Shown here: positions 27,752-37,539 of the stretch, in pieces | Layout of the letters: each line of letters opens with the position of its first letter | How positions within the stretch are numbered: the stretch's first letter is position 1 | IMG/VR virus record: IMGVR_UViG_3300031455_000001 | Span: 32,001 to 96,000 of that record | Origin: a virus | Direction: 5' to 3' (one strand) | DNA length: 64,000 nucleotides | Made by a program: the position numbers and the translations under genes | The notes under the pieces: model-generated | Seen by the model: only the letters and a program-made list of their open reading frames with translations | The model's database searches: none | Told to the model about the DNA's origin: nothing

Positions 27752-28406
27752 TTTCTAATTGTTCTATTCTTGCCCTCAATTCTCTTTCTGTCTCATGAGA
27801 TTTAATTATTCTTTTTAAATGAGGCACGATAGTTGTTTTTGCACTATGAAAATATGCAGAGTATTCTGGATGTTCTCTCCGTGCGTATTTGAAGAATGGT
27901 AAGAAATACATTTCAGTATCACGTGCCTGACGAATTTCTTTTTCTGGAGTTACAGAGTCTAAAGTGCTGAAATTATGTTTTCTGTCTGCTGTTTTGACTA
28001 AGCATTTTCTGAAGCTTGGAATCATATCTCTTAAATATGCAATCTTATATAGCGAATTATCATAATCCACTCCATCTTTCTTCGTAACCCCTTCTACTAC
28101 CTCTGCAACTTCATCCCCAAACATGTCTTTTACAAATGTATAATCAACATAGTCAATATCTTCAATTGAATCATGCAATATGTATGATGTTAAAGTGATT
28201 TCATCTCTTATTCCATGATTTATTAAATCTTGACAACCATCAACTAAATGATAATAATAGTGACTTCCATCATTGCGTTCGAATCCATTTTCTCTATTCA
28301 TTATAGATATCATTAACTCTAATGCTTTCAATGCATCTATATAGCCGAACCTCTGTAAGTCTCTTCTTAAATGATCTACTCTAGCCTCTATAGCCATATT
28401 CGACAC
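27738..28406 (-). CDS. small alarmone hydrolase ((p)ppGpp HD hydrolase, Mesh1/SpoT-like)
   Basis: R..GSHYYYH, LHDSIED, FGDEVAEVVEGVTK, VKTADRKHN. Confidence 0.85.
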   Translation of the reverse strand: MSNMAIEARVDHLRRDLQRFGYIDALKALELMISIMNRENGFERNDGSHYYYHLVDGCQDLINHGIRDEITLTSYILHDSIEDIDYVDYTFVKDMFGDEVAEVVEGVTKKDGVDYDNSLYKIAYLRDMIPSFRKCLVKTADRKHNFSTLDSVTPEKEIRQARDTEMYFLPFFKYARREHPEYSAYFHSAKTTIVPHLKRIIKSHETERELRARIEQLENGEI

Positions 28407-28410
28407 CTCT

Positions 28411-28671
28411 TTAAAATGGTTTGTTCGAACTTTGACATTGCTCTTCTTCTTTAACTTTAGAATTTTTAATTTTTAAATCGCTCTCTACAACTTCCAATGT
28501 GACCATCGTTTTGTGCCAAATATCATCTTCAAAGAATGCATTTTTCACAGTGTATCCTTGTTCGTTCGCATAGTTTTCAATTAATTTCATCAATTCTTCA
28601 TTAGTGATAGTCGTCATTAATCGTTTTTCCAATTTAAACGCCTCCTCTTTAATGTATATTAAGTATATCAT
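28411..28671 (-). CDS. hypothetical protein
   Basis: ORF track; promoter 28662-28690 implies a later start. Confidence 0.5.
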   Translation of the reverse strand: MIYLIYIKEEAFKLEKRLMTTITNEELMKLIENYANEQGYTVKNAFFEDDIWHKTMVTLEVVESDLKIKNSKVKEEEQCQSSNKPF

Positions 28672-28738
28672 TATTTATTGCTTTTGTCAACAGGGTAAAA
28701 GAAAAAGATGAGAATTAACTTCCCATCTTTAATTTGCA

Positions 28739-30427
28739 TCAGACTACTTTATAATCATCAATAAGTATTTGTGGCATAACTACTCTTTTTTTGATTTTAA
28801 AATTGAACCATATATTTAATTGTAGCTGACCAACCACATCAATTGTGTCGTATAATGATAATTCAGAAGCATATTTTGGATTCACTCTGAATTTAATCAG
28901 TTCCAAATCATCTAATGTCTGAATTTTTACTGTCTCCAAAGTTTTACCTATGCATTCTGGTTCATAAACGGTTATTCCAGTTACTTTTACTAATACTTTC
29001 GGAAACCCATTACCAACCAGCGTGTTAAATTCTTCAATTACTGGTATAAACTCTGCAACTTCATCCACTTTTAACTCTAGATCATAAATAACAGTGGGTT
29101 CACTATCCTCCATATTTGGAAGATTTAATTGAATGTACTCTTTCAGAGCTTCAAGATTTCTTTCTTTGATTACGAATCCTCCAGCTTGATTATGACCCAT
29201 AGCCTCTTTAACCAAACCAGATTCCATCAAGAAGTTTTTGAAGTTGAATCCCGCATAACTTCTGAAGCTTCCACTTACTTCACCTTTATGTAATCGACCC
29301 ACAATAGCAGGTCTTTGATACTTATCAGATAATTGTTGAGCAATTAAGCCATTAAATCCTTTAGAAGAATGATCATCCAGCACAATCAAAACTTTATCAT
29401 CTGAATTAATCTTAGTTTGATACTGCTCTGTGATTTCTTTTTGTCTTTCTTTTCGTGCATCATTTAATTTGTGCATTTTAAGGCGTAATCTTTTACACTC
29501 TTTATCGTCATCAGCCATAAGAAGATCAATAGCTAATTCAATCTCATCCATTCGTGTCGTGCCATTTATTAGTGGTGCAATCCCAAATCCTATCGCATTA
29601 CAATTGATGTTGTAGGTATCAATTTTTGCACCTTTTAAGATTCTAATAAGACCAGCATTTTTGATATTTCTCAATCCATGAAGAATCATAAATCTGTTCT
29701 CTAAAACATCAACCCTCATAACATCTGCATACATTCCCAATGCCACAAGATCCATGTATTGGAACGGATCTACTGTGTTAAGAGTGTCCTCCATAACTTG
29801 AACCACCTTGAAAACAAGTCCAGCACCGCTAATAAATTTATTAGGATATTCACAGTCTTTTTGCTGAGGGTTAACCATAAGTACATGAGGATTTTCTCTT
29901 TCTATCTCATGGTGATCAATAATAACAATTTCTGTTCCCCACTGTTCTTTTATATACCCACAAACATCTGCATCGTTAGATGATGAGTCAATTAGAATCA
30001 ATAGATCGGCATCTTTCACTTTTTGTATATTGCTTTTATTTAGAGCTATCCTTTTTTCATCTTTTACTTCATTTAACCCTTTTAGAGTTAGCATTTCTTT
30101 GATACCATGACCGTTGCTACGTTCACCGAAAATATAATCTACACTTTCTGTGTAATTTGATAAATATCTTCTCATGATTGTTGCTGAGGATATTCCATCT
30201 GCATCGCAATCATATGAAACTACAATCTTCTCACCGTTGCTTATCGCCATGATGATCCTATTAATGGCTTCTTCGATATTTTTAAGAAAATAAGGGTCTA
30301 CTAGATGCTCCTGTGTTGGATTTAAAAAGGTGTCTACATCTGAAATTCCTCTTATTTTGGCAATTTTCTGTTTTACTGTATCCTCAACGTTAAGTCTGGC
30401 TTTATGCCTCTTTTCTACCCACTTCAT
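28739..30427 (-). CDS. recJ: RecJ-like DHH single-stranded DNA exonuclease (SPbeta YorK-like)
   Basis: DCDADG, IDHH, GSFRS, GHNQAGG; start reset to ATG 30427 after GAGGAGG. Confidence 0.9.
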   Translation of the reverse strand: MKWVEKRHKARLNVEDTVKQKIAKIRGISDVDTFLNPTQEHLVDPYFLKNIEEAINRIIMAISNGEKIVVSYDCDADGISSATIMRRYLSNYTESVDYIFGERSNGHGIKEMLTLKGLNEVKDEKRIALNKSNIQKVKDADLLILIDSSSNDADVCGYIKEQWGTEIVIIDHHEIERENPHVLMVNPQQKDCEYPNKFISGAGLVFKVVQVMEDTLNTVDPFQYMDLVALGMYADVMRVDVLENRFMILHGLRNIKNAGLIRILKGAKIDTYNINCNAIGFGIAPLINGTTRMDEIELAIDLLMADDDKECKRLRLKMHKLNDARKERQKEITEQYQTKINSDDKVLIVLDDHSSKGFNGLIAQQLSDKYQRPAIVGRLHKGEVSGSFRSYAGFNFKNFLMESGLVKEAMGHNQAGGFVIKERNLEALKEYIQLNLPNMEDSEPTVIYDLELKVDEVAEFIPVIEEFNTLVGNGFPKVLVKVTGITVYEPECIGKTLETVKIQTLDDLELIKFRVNPKYASELSLYDTIDVVGQLQLNIWFNFKIKKRVVMPQILIDDYKVV

Positions 30428-30767
30428 CTTCAGCAATGCCCTCCTCTGGCTGTGAATGCAGGTCTTCATAAGAGATGGTTTTGTTAATTTCACCCATTTC
30501 ATCATATCCCTTTGCCATGCTCATAATTTTATCTAAAGATTCAATACATTTAATGTATTGATAAAAAGCTTCATGCTCTAATTTTGTAGCGTAATCTTTT
30601 TGATCTTTATATAAACTGTTGATAAATTTTGAAATATCTTTTAATTTTTCATCTGAATATCCTAGTTCATTCAAAACAAAAACCAATCTTTCTCTCTTAC
30701 CCAAAGTGTCAATGAGATATAATGATGAAGTCATTTTTGCTACTGTTTTATCTAGATCTCTACCCAT
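30402..30767 (-). CDS. hypothetical protein
   Basis: ORF track. Confidence 0.6.
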   Translation of the reverse strand: MGRDLDKTVAKMTSSLYLIDTLGKRERLVFVLNELGYSDEKLKDISKFINSLYKDQKDYATKLEHEAFYQYIKCIESLDKIMSMAKGYDEMGEINKTISYEDLHSQPEEGIAEDEVGRKEA

Positions 30768-30820
30768 CTCTGCAACTCCCCTTATCTTTAAGCCATATAA
30801 CCTAATGTTTTATTAGGTTA

Positions 30821-31033
30821 TTATTTTCGCAAACTTAAAACTGGCGTAGTGATCTTACCTTTATTAGCTTTAGCTACTGCATCAAAATAATTTTTAGCAT
30901 CAATTCGAGTGCCTTCAAACGTCACGACCACATCTTTCTTGTCGATTGTCATAACTACATAGAAATTACGCTTCTTAACTGTTTTAAGATCTGCAAATCG
31001 ATTACCTTTTAGAATATTTTTGTCTACACGCAT
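30821..31033 (-). CDS. hypothetical basic protein
   Basis: ORF with GGAGG RBS. Confidence 0.6.
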   Translation of the reverse strand: MRVDKNILKGNRFADLKTVKKRNFYVVMTIDKKDVVVTFEGTRIDAKNYFDAVAKANKGKITTPVLSLRK

Positions 31034-31056
31034 TGTTAAATTCCTCCGTTAAATGA

Positions 31057-31512
31057 TTATTTTTTGTATTTGTAATTATTAAATCCTTCTAATTCGTGAA
31101 ATGCTTTAAGTTTGTATTGTGTGTGAACCCTCTGTTTCTTCAGAGTCTCAAACATTTTTAGGCTACTATCTACTGGCGTTTTAATTGTTCTATTGTATTG
31201 TTGAATAAACGACTGTAGCCTCTGTCTTTCTTGCATTCTATTTTTGATCTTACGTCTCTCTAGACGCACCTCTTTAATCATTGCAGAAAGATTGTATCCT
31301 TCAGAAGCGTTGAATTTGTGAAACTCAATCATATGTAAAATATCTTCTTGCATTAAATCTAATCTCTGAAGCTCTTTTCTTATTTCATCATCACTACTTA
31401 GATCCATTGAAATCTCTTCCATTGCTTTCATTGCTATTGCCAAATTCTCTCTGTAGTCAATTTGATGAATCTTTTCGTTTTTAACAAAATCTAATTTTGA
31501 CATTCGCCACAA
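31057..31512 (-). CDS. conserved coiled-coil phage protein
   Basis: QEDILHMIEF..FNASEGY...RRKIKN. Confidence 0.65.
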   Translation of the reverse strand: MWRMSKLDFVKNEKIHQIDYRENLAIAMKAMEEISMDLSSDDEIRKELQRLDLMQEDILHMIEFHKFNASEGYNLSAMIKEVRLERRKIKNRMQERQRLQSFIQQYNRTIKTPVDSSLKMFETLKKQRVHTQYKLKAFHELEGFNNYKYKK

Positions 31513-31544
31513 CTCCTTATGTTTAATATATTATTAGTATACCA

Positions 31545-32636
31545 TTATTTTTTGTTGTTGTCAATGGGCTTTGTGTTTTTAATTTCGAATATACATTCAT
31601 TAACAAGTCTATTCCAAACTTGCAATCCTCTATCAATGGGCGAATCTTTATTTCCCAATAGATCATTATTGTCGTACATAGCAAAAACCTTTCGACCGTC
31701 AAAGATCTTTGATTGATTCCTGATATCATCAAGATTGATGCCTTTGTCATAGCACAGTACAATCTCTACATCTAAACCTAACTGTTTAATAATGTGAGCC
31801 TGTTCAATAGAAATTTCTGATGATCCAATGCCAAGCGTGTTGTATACTTTGTTGCTGAAAGCTTTCATGCATGATTTTTCTGCCTCAAAAATATAAACCC
31901 TTTTTTCACTTAAAATATACGGATGAGCCATATGGAGATTAAACCATTCCATCCTATTTTGAAATCTGTGTAAGTAAAGATATTTTCTATCATCATCTTC
32001 ATCTCTTAATATTCTACCTTTAATTCCTACTAATTTGCCAAATCGATTCCTCATAGGTATTGTGATTCTTTTGGACTCAAGATCAAATCCAACTCCATAA
32101 TATTTTTGAGTTCTATATGAAATACCTTCCATTAGCCAATCGTATGAAGGGTATGGGATAAAGTCGTTCAATACTGTTTCAGGTAATATAGGGTTAGGCT
32201 GTATATTCACATCGTTCTTTCTCTTATTTCTTATTCCTAATAACCAATTTAAACTTGAATCTTTTTGATCTTCTTTAAAAGCATCATTAGCTAAATGCTT
32301 TAACCCACAAATGTCACTGATAAAATTCTTTGAATTGTTTAGGTTGCTCTTTATTTCCTCTCCACGCTTGTCAAAGTGGACATAACTGATTAAATCAAAT
32401 AGATCAGAAGAAGGAAAGTCTGACTGATTTCTAATAGTAGATGATAATGAATCATTCAATTTCACCTGTACTGCCCTTTTGTTTTTACTGTTAAATTTGC
32501 CAAATGGCAGTTGGCACGTGATGAGGTTTCCATTCTGTTCATATTTTACATATTCACAATCAATTTCCTCTAATAACTTTTCGATTTTTTCCGTATTATC
32601 TAGGAGATGTTTTTTTATGATTTTGAATACATTCAC
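31545..32636 (-). CDS. DNA primase (TOPRIM, SPbeta YorJ-like)
   Basis: RITIP..N..G.LVGIKGR, KYLY, IFEAEKS, LCYD; next to helicase. Confidence 0.85.
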   Translation of the reverse strand: MNVFKIIKKHLLDNTEKIEKLLEEIDCEYVKYEQNGNLITCQLPFGKFNSKNKRAVQVKLNDSLSSTIRNQSDFPSSDLFDLISYVHFDKRGEEIKSNLNNSKNFISDICGLKHLANDAFKEDQKDSSLNWLLGIRNKRKNDVNIQPNPILPETVLNDFIPYPSYDWLMEGISYRTQKYYGVGFDLESKRITIPMRNRFGKLVGIKGRILRDEDDDRKYLYLHRFQNRMEWFNLHMAHPYILSEKRVYIFEAEKSCMKAFSNKVYNTLGIGSSEISIEQAHIIKQLGLDVEIVLCYDKGINLDDIRNQSKIFDGRKVFAMYDNNDLLGNKDSPIDRGLQVWNRLVNECIFEIKNTKPIDNNKK

Positions 32637-32664
32637 GTTGAAACCACCTTTTTAATACGGAAGC

Positions 32665-34188
32665 TTACACTTTCGCCATTCTTGTAACATCAAAATAAGC
32701 CACTTCTCTCCATGTATTGAAATTATAATTTACATCATAGACAATACCAATATCTGATTCACCTTCTCGATTCTTAGCAATAAACAGCAACATGTATTGC
32801 CTTTCTGGTTTTAATTCATATGGCTTCCTACTCCATTTGCCAGAAAGCTTATGTAGTTCCTCGTCCCAATTATAGGCGTGGATTGGGTTTTTACCACCTT
32901 CAAATTCGTCATGGTAAATTAATCTACCCATTAAGACTACTCCAGCAACTTCAACTATTTCTAATGATTTACCAACTGATGATAGGTCTAAAGCTCTGTA
33001 TTCCTTACCTATTTTCAGTTGAACCGTTGCTAAGGTGGCGCAATTATTAGCATCTGACTTTATTGAGTCATAAAGTTTTTGTGCTGAATCACTAAATTCT
33101 TGCCAACGTGCATTTTCTCCAGTTCCTACTTCTGGTTTAAATGTGTCAAAGAATACGTATTTATAACCAAGAGGGCGATACAATTCAATCCTGCTGATCA
33201 CATCATCGATTCTATATTTAGTTAGTTCAACAAATTTGATCATGTCTTTTCGATGTGTGTAAAGCCATTCTTTAGCTTCTATGAGCCTATCTTTTGTCTC
33301 TTTGTCAAATTTACCTTCTGCCAACTTAGTTCTGGAGATAGGCTTATTTAAGATGCTTGAAGATACTGTTGCAAGCAGAAGTATTCTCCACTTTAAAACA
33401 CCTTCCTCATTAGCAAATATAATGCCTTTCTCATTATCATGTAGCAAGCTCATTACCCCTGCGTGCATGCCGAATGAAGTCTTACCCATTCCAGAAGATA
33501 AAACTAGATACATCAACGTGCCTTCTTTCCACCCTTTTATCTTCTTGTTTAATCTAGGCGTGTCATGAAAAAGAAGACCCATTGTCTCTCCAGCATCCAT
33601 CATTGCTATTGTCTCATCTAGATCGTCAATAAGATTATGTTCTTTAACCTCACCGCTGTTTACATTCATGAATGCTTCCTTATGTTTGAATTGAAAGTAC
33701 ATTTTTAACTGTTGAAGGTTCATTTGTGCCAATTTGTTCACCAAATTAGTATTATATGTATTGATTAATCCGTTTTTTGCGAATTTCCTTAGTGTTTCAT
33801 ACTTCTGCACTTCACTGAAGTGATATTCATCATTTTCTTTATCTACGTGGCATTCTTCCTTCAATATTTTTATGCTATTATACTCCCCAAACTCTTCATA
33901 ATAATATTGAATACCTTTTTTCCCTTTCTTTTCTTTTCTAGAAGAAACAAATGAATACGCTGTAACATCGTCAAATGTTCTAACGCCATTATCATACATC
34001 TCTTTGCCTAGCCAAAAATAAAAAAACCACTTATTGTTTGTAAAAGTTTCTTTTTCTATATTATGACTTCTATATTTTTGATAAAGAGAAGGTGTTTTCC
34101 ATAGATAACCCACAAATAATTGTTCATGAATTTCACTTGGTACTATAAATTTCTCTTTGCTGTCTATCAATTCTGCCAAATAAAACAC
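32665..34188 (-). CDS. replicative DnaB-like helicase (YorI-like)
   Basis: SSGMGKT Walker A, FANE, VFFDT Walker B, TVQL, KNREG. Confidence 0.87.
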   Translation of the reverse strand: MFYLAELIDSKEKFIVPSEIHEQLFVGYLWKTPSLYQKYRSHNIEKETFTNNKWFFYFWLGKEMYDNGVRTFDDVTAYSFVSSRKEKKGKKGIQYYYEEFGEYNSIKILKEECHVDKENDEYHFSEVQKYETLRKFAKNGLINTYNTNLVNKLAQMNLQQLKMYFQFKHKEAFMNVNSGEVKEHNLIDDLDETIAMMDAGETMGLLFHDTPRLNKKIKGWKEGTLMYLVLSSGMGKTSFGMHAGVMSLLHDNEKGIIFANEEGVLKWRILLLATVSSSILNKPISRTKLAEGKFDKETKDRLIEAKEWLYTHRKDMIKFVELTKYRIDDVISRIELYRPLGYKYVFFDTFKPEVGTGENARWQEFSDSAQKLYDSIKSDANNCATLATVQLKIGKEYRALDLSSVGKSLEIVEVAGVVLMGRLIYHDEFEGGKNPIHAYNWDEELHKLSGKWSRKPYELKPERQYMLLFIAKNREGESDIGIVYDVNYNFNTWREVAYFDVTRMAKV

Positions 34189-34190
34189 CT

Positions 34191-34793
34191 CTAATTCAAT
34201 AAATCTGATATATCCATTTCATCTGTCTTTTTACCTTTGCCACTCTTAGTTTCAACTGTTTTTATAATCTCATTATCAATATTTTGTGCGGCTACTTTTC
34301 TCTCAGCAATAGATTCTCTCATCTCATTTTCTTTAATTCTACTTTCAACGAGTGATAATTTATCACAGACAATAGCAAGTGCGTATCTCAAAGCATTAGT
34401 TAATCCGCCAAAATCTTTTTTTGAGTTCCAGTATTGTATTGTCTCTGAGCAATATTCAAAAGTTTTTGCTATTAGGATATAGCTGTAGCCTTTTTTATAT
34501 TTATAATCATCTCTGCCAAAAAATTTAGTCCCATTACGTAAATCTTGAAGAAAAGGGTATATGCCATTAGGGATGGTTTTTGCTCCATATATCTTCTTTA
34601 TCACTTCAATAAGAATATCTAATTCTTCTTTCTCTTTTGCTTTAAACTTTTTCTCTTTCAAATGGTGAATGTGACATTTTTTGTGATAAAATTTGTTTAC
34701 AGGCTTCTTAACCCCAACAACTTCAATGATCATATCATCTTTATTTGTATCATCGATCTTACACCTTGCACATTTTCTTGTTTTTTTTGCCAA
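34191..34793 (-). CDS. replication-module protein (YorH-like position), N-terminal CxxC/HxxC
   Basis: Directly upstream of helicase; zinc-binding residues. Confidence 0.55.
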   Translation of the reverse strand: MAKKTRKCARCKIDDTNKDDMIIEVVGVKKPVNKFYHKKCHIHHLKEKKFKAKEKEELDILIEVIKKIYGAKTIPNGIYPFLQDLRNGTKFFGRDDYKYKKGYSYILIAKTFEYCSETIQYWNSKKDFGGLTNALRYALAIVCDKLSLVESRIKENEMRESIAERKVAAQNIDNEIIKTVETKSGKGKKTDEMDISDLLN

Positions 34794-34857
34794 ATCAACA
34801 ACCTCCTAACGTATATTAATTATACCATTATTTATTGCTATTGTCAAGGCTATATGA

Positions 34858-34888
34858 TAAATGGACACCCTTTTGGAGTGTCCATTTA
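34858..34888. terminator. intrinsic terminator
   Basis: TAAATGGACAC...GTGTCCATTTA. Confidence 0.75.
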
Positions 34889-34892
34889 CTTA

Positions 34893-35438
34893 TCAAAGCT
34901 TTCTCTTTAAAAACATCTTTGTCTCTACATTATTTGAAAATTCTAATATCATAGATACAGCTAGAGGCATTTCTTCTTTGCTGATATTGCTGGTGTTAAT
35001 GTTTAAGGCTAACGATTGACCTAAATTACTAGACAGTACCTCATCGTACTTTTCTAAAATAGATCTTACATTTTCTGACTTAATCATATCATCGCCGCGC
35101 GCCATCATTCTATTTTTTATTTTTTCTTCCGATGCAGTAACATATACCATCAGTGCATTTTTACTGGTTTTATCTGCCAATTCATCAAACTGTAGATAAT
35201 TCATTAGAGGATAGTCAAATAATGTTCCATATACCAAATTAGACATATAAAATCTATCAATGATTATATTCTCACGATCCAACAACTTAGACATATGATC
35301 GTACATTCCATCTCCGCCAAGCTCAGAGATTTGAAATGAAGACCCTTTTACAATTTTATAGCCTGTTTTTTTAGAAAGCAACTCTGCTATTGTTGATTTT
35401 CCAGCACAATCACAGCCTTCAATGATAATTATAGACAT
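34893..35438 (-). CDS. deoxynucleoside monophosphate/thymidylate kinase
   Basis: IEGCDCAGKST, IIDRFYMSNLVYG, RGDD. Confidence 0.85.
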   Translation of the reverse strand: MSIIIIEGCDCAGKSTIAELLSKKTGYKIVKGSSFQISELGGDGMYDHMSKLLDRENIIIDRFYMSNLVYGTLFDYPLMNYLQFDELADKTSKNALMVYVTASEEKIKNRMMARGDDMIKSENVRSILEKYDEVLSSNLGQSLALNINTSNISKEEMPLAVSMILEFSNNVETKMFLKRKL

Positions 35439-35442
35439 CTAT

Positions 35443-36225
35443 TCACTTTCCTTCTCTCAATACAGTTATTGTTGCGCTCTGCCTTCCAAAATTTAATGCC
35501 TCATCTGTGCTACCCACTAGGAAATCGACTATATTTCCATTAATAGCTCCTCCAGTGTCAAGGCTGACGGCTTCAAATACTTCACCATTATTCAGCTCCA
35601 CACTGACAATGGAGTGCATTGGTATTACATTGGGATCAGTTGCGATAATTCTTCTACCTTCATAGTAAATGGTATCCCTTACATCAACGCCTGTAGCTGT
35701 TACGCCTGTGCATCCTTCAGCGCACATACCGATATAGGCTGTCATCTCTGCATTTATTTGACGACCACTTGCAACTTGAGCTTCAGTTTCTACAATGTCA
35801 ATTGCGTCCACAACACTTCCTTCGTCATCAATCTTAAAATTTACTTCTGCAACCTCTTGTTTTTCCAATTCCAATTGTAACTGACTTGACTTTTCTTTTT
35901 CCGATACCAATTCTGACTCTAACTGCTCAACTTGACTGACTAATGTGTCAATACTATCTTTCTGCTCATTGATTTGAAGTTCCTGCTCATCGATAACCTC
36001 TGTCTTGGCATTCAAATCATTATCCTTATCCTCAATAAAAACCTCTAGGTTGGCTATCTCGGTTGACTTATTTTTTATGTCATCCTGTAGTTCAATGTTT
36101 TCATTAATTGACTCACTATATAAGTGTTGTGTGTAGAGTAAGGCAGATACTACGCAAACTGTTAAAGTCAATGCCAATGCTGTGCTAACCTTTTTTATTG
36201 TTTTGTTATTTTTCATAACTATCAC
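35443..36225 (-). CDS. membrane-anchored coiled-coil 3D-domain cell-wall enzyme
   Basis: TM, coiled coil, TAY..., IATDPNVIP, DTGGAINGNIVD. Confidence 0.9.
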   Translation of the reverse strand: MIVMKNNKTIKKVSTALALTLTVCVVSALLYTQHLYSESINENIELQDDIKNKSTEIANLEVFIEDKDNDLNAKTEVIDEQELQINEQKDSIDTLVSQVEQLESELVSEKEKSSQLQLELEKQEVAEVNFKIDDEGSVVDAIDIVETEAQVASGRQINAEMTAYIGMCAEGCTGVTATGVDVRDTIYYEGRRIIATDPNVIPMHSIVSVELNNGEVFEAVSLDTGGAINGNIVDFLVGSTDEALNFGRQSATITVLREGK

Positions 36226-36314
36226 TCCTAGAATCGTTACTCTAGAGTTTTATTGAGAGGATTATAAAATATTATAGGTTAGGAGAAAAATCTCCCAACC
36301 TATGTTTTTATGTA

Positions 36315-37358
36315 TTAAGCTTTACTTTTTACAAATTCTAATGCTTTGGATAATTCAACTTCATCATCTGATTTTCTATAGTCAACACTTCCTAGATGTT
36401 CTTTGAAATAAGCGCCGCACTCTTTCTTATCTGCAACTTTTAAATCTTTAACGATCAGTCCAATTTCCTCGATAAGCTCATCTGCTGTCTTAACATTTTT
36501 AACACTGTCAACATAAGATTCAACTTTTTTATCTTGTTCAACCTTTTGTTCTTTTTTAGCCTTTTCTACAGCTTTTTTATCTCCACCATACTCTGCTAGA
36601 ATAGCCTCTTCTACAGTATCGATGAAAAGCTTAAAACCATATTCAATTCTATTTGGAACATGGTTGAACCGACTTCCAGCTTCAAGACCAGATTCTCCAC
36701 GGAAATACATATATCGTTTGTCTACTGGAACACCTTTGATTAGTTCTTTAGTCAATTCAATAAAAACAATGAAGTCAACCATGTTTAATACAAGATCTCT
36801 CACACGACCGCTTAGAGAGAGTATTGTCTTGTCATATTTTAACCCTTCACGTGTTTCAAACTGCTTATCCTTATCATGTGTTAGAAAAAACAAAGAAAAT
36901 CCTGCTCGATCTAACTTTGAAATCTGATCGCCCATCTCACGTTCTAACAATTCGTATCCTTTGCCATATGCCAAGTCATTAATTGCCGTATATCGCTTTC
37001 CATCTTTACGTGATTGAGTTTTTAATACATAATCTGTAGCCATCTTACCCATTACGTCAACTGTATCTAGAGCTAAGACTTTATACGTAATGTCATCTTT
37101 GCTTTCTACTAGTTCATCTACCAGCTCAATAAAGTCATTCCAATCATTAATATCATCTGCATGAACTCCATCTAGTGCGCTATATCCTTTTTCAAAAGCG
37201 ATAAGAAGCAATTTTGATAAATCACCATCGAACTTTTCTTTGATGATTCCATGAATTAAAGATGTTTTTCCACTTTTTGGACGTCCAGCAATAATGTATT
37301 TATATTGAAAAACGTCTGCGACAACTTTATGACCTTTTACCTTAGACAATCTACTCAT
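36315..37358 (-). CDS. AAA_24/Sak4-like ATPase (YorG-like)
   Basis: GRPKSGKT, AFEKGY, LDTVD, YGKGY, AGSRF. Confidence 0.85.
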   Translation of the reverse strand: MSRLSKVKGHKVVADVFQYKYIIAGRPKSGKTSLIHGIIKEKFDGDLSKLLLIAFEKGYSALDGVHADDINDWNDFIELVDELVESKDDITYKVLALDTVDVMGKMATDYVLKTQSRKDGKRYTAINDLAYGKGYELLEREMGDQISKLDRAGFSLFFLTHDKDKQFETREGLKYDKTILSLSGRVRDLVLNMVDFIVFIELTKELIKGVPVDKRYMYFRGESGLEAGSRFNHVPNRIEYGFKLFIDTVEEAILAEYGGDKKAVEKAKKEQKVEQDKKVESYVDSVKNVKTADELIEEIGLIVKDLKVADKKECGAYFKEHLGSVDYRKSDDEVELSKALEFVKSKA

Positions 37359-37473
37359 TTATTTAATTTTCCCCTTTTTCTCCATTATTTATGGAGCAGG
37401 GGGATTTCCTGCTGTTTTTTAATACCCTATGTTTTATATGTGTTATACCGTTATTTTATGTAATTGTTACATG

Positions 37474-37509
37474 TATTAGCAATAATTCGGGTGTTCTGTT
37501 ATATGTTTT
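37474..37509. repeat. 36-bp exact dispersed repeat (copy at 45792-45827; degenerate copy at 49370-49399)
   Basis: TATTAGCAATAATTCGGGTGTTCTGTTATATGTTTT. Confidence 0.9.
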
Positions 37510-37539
37510 TTACAACATCTCATAAATTCAGCTTATGAA

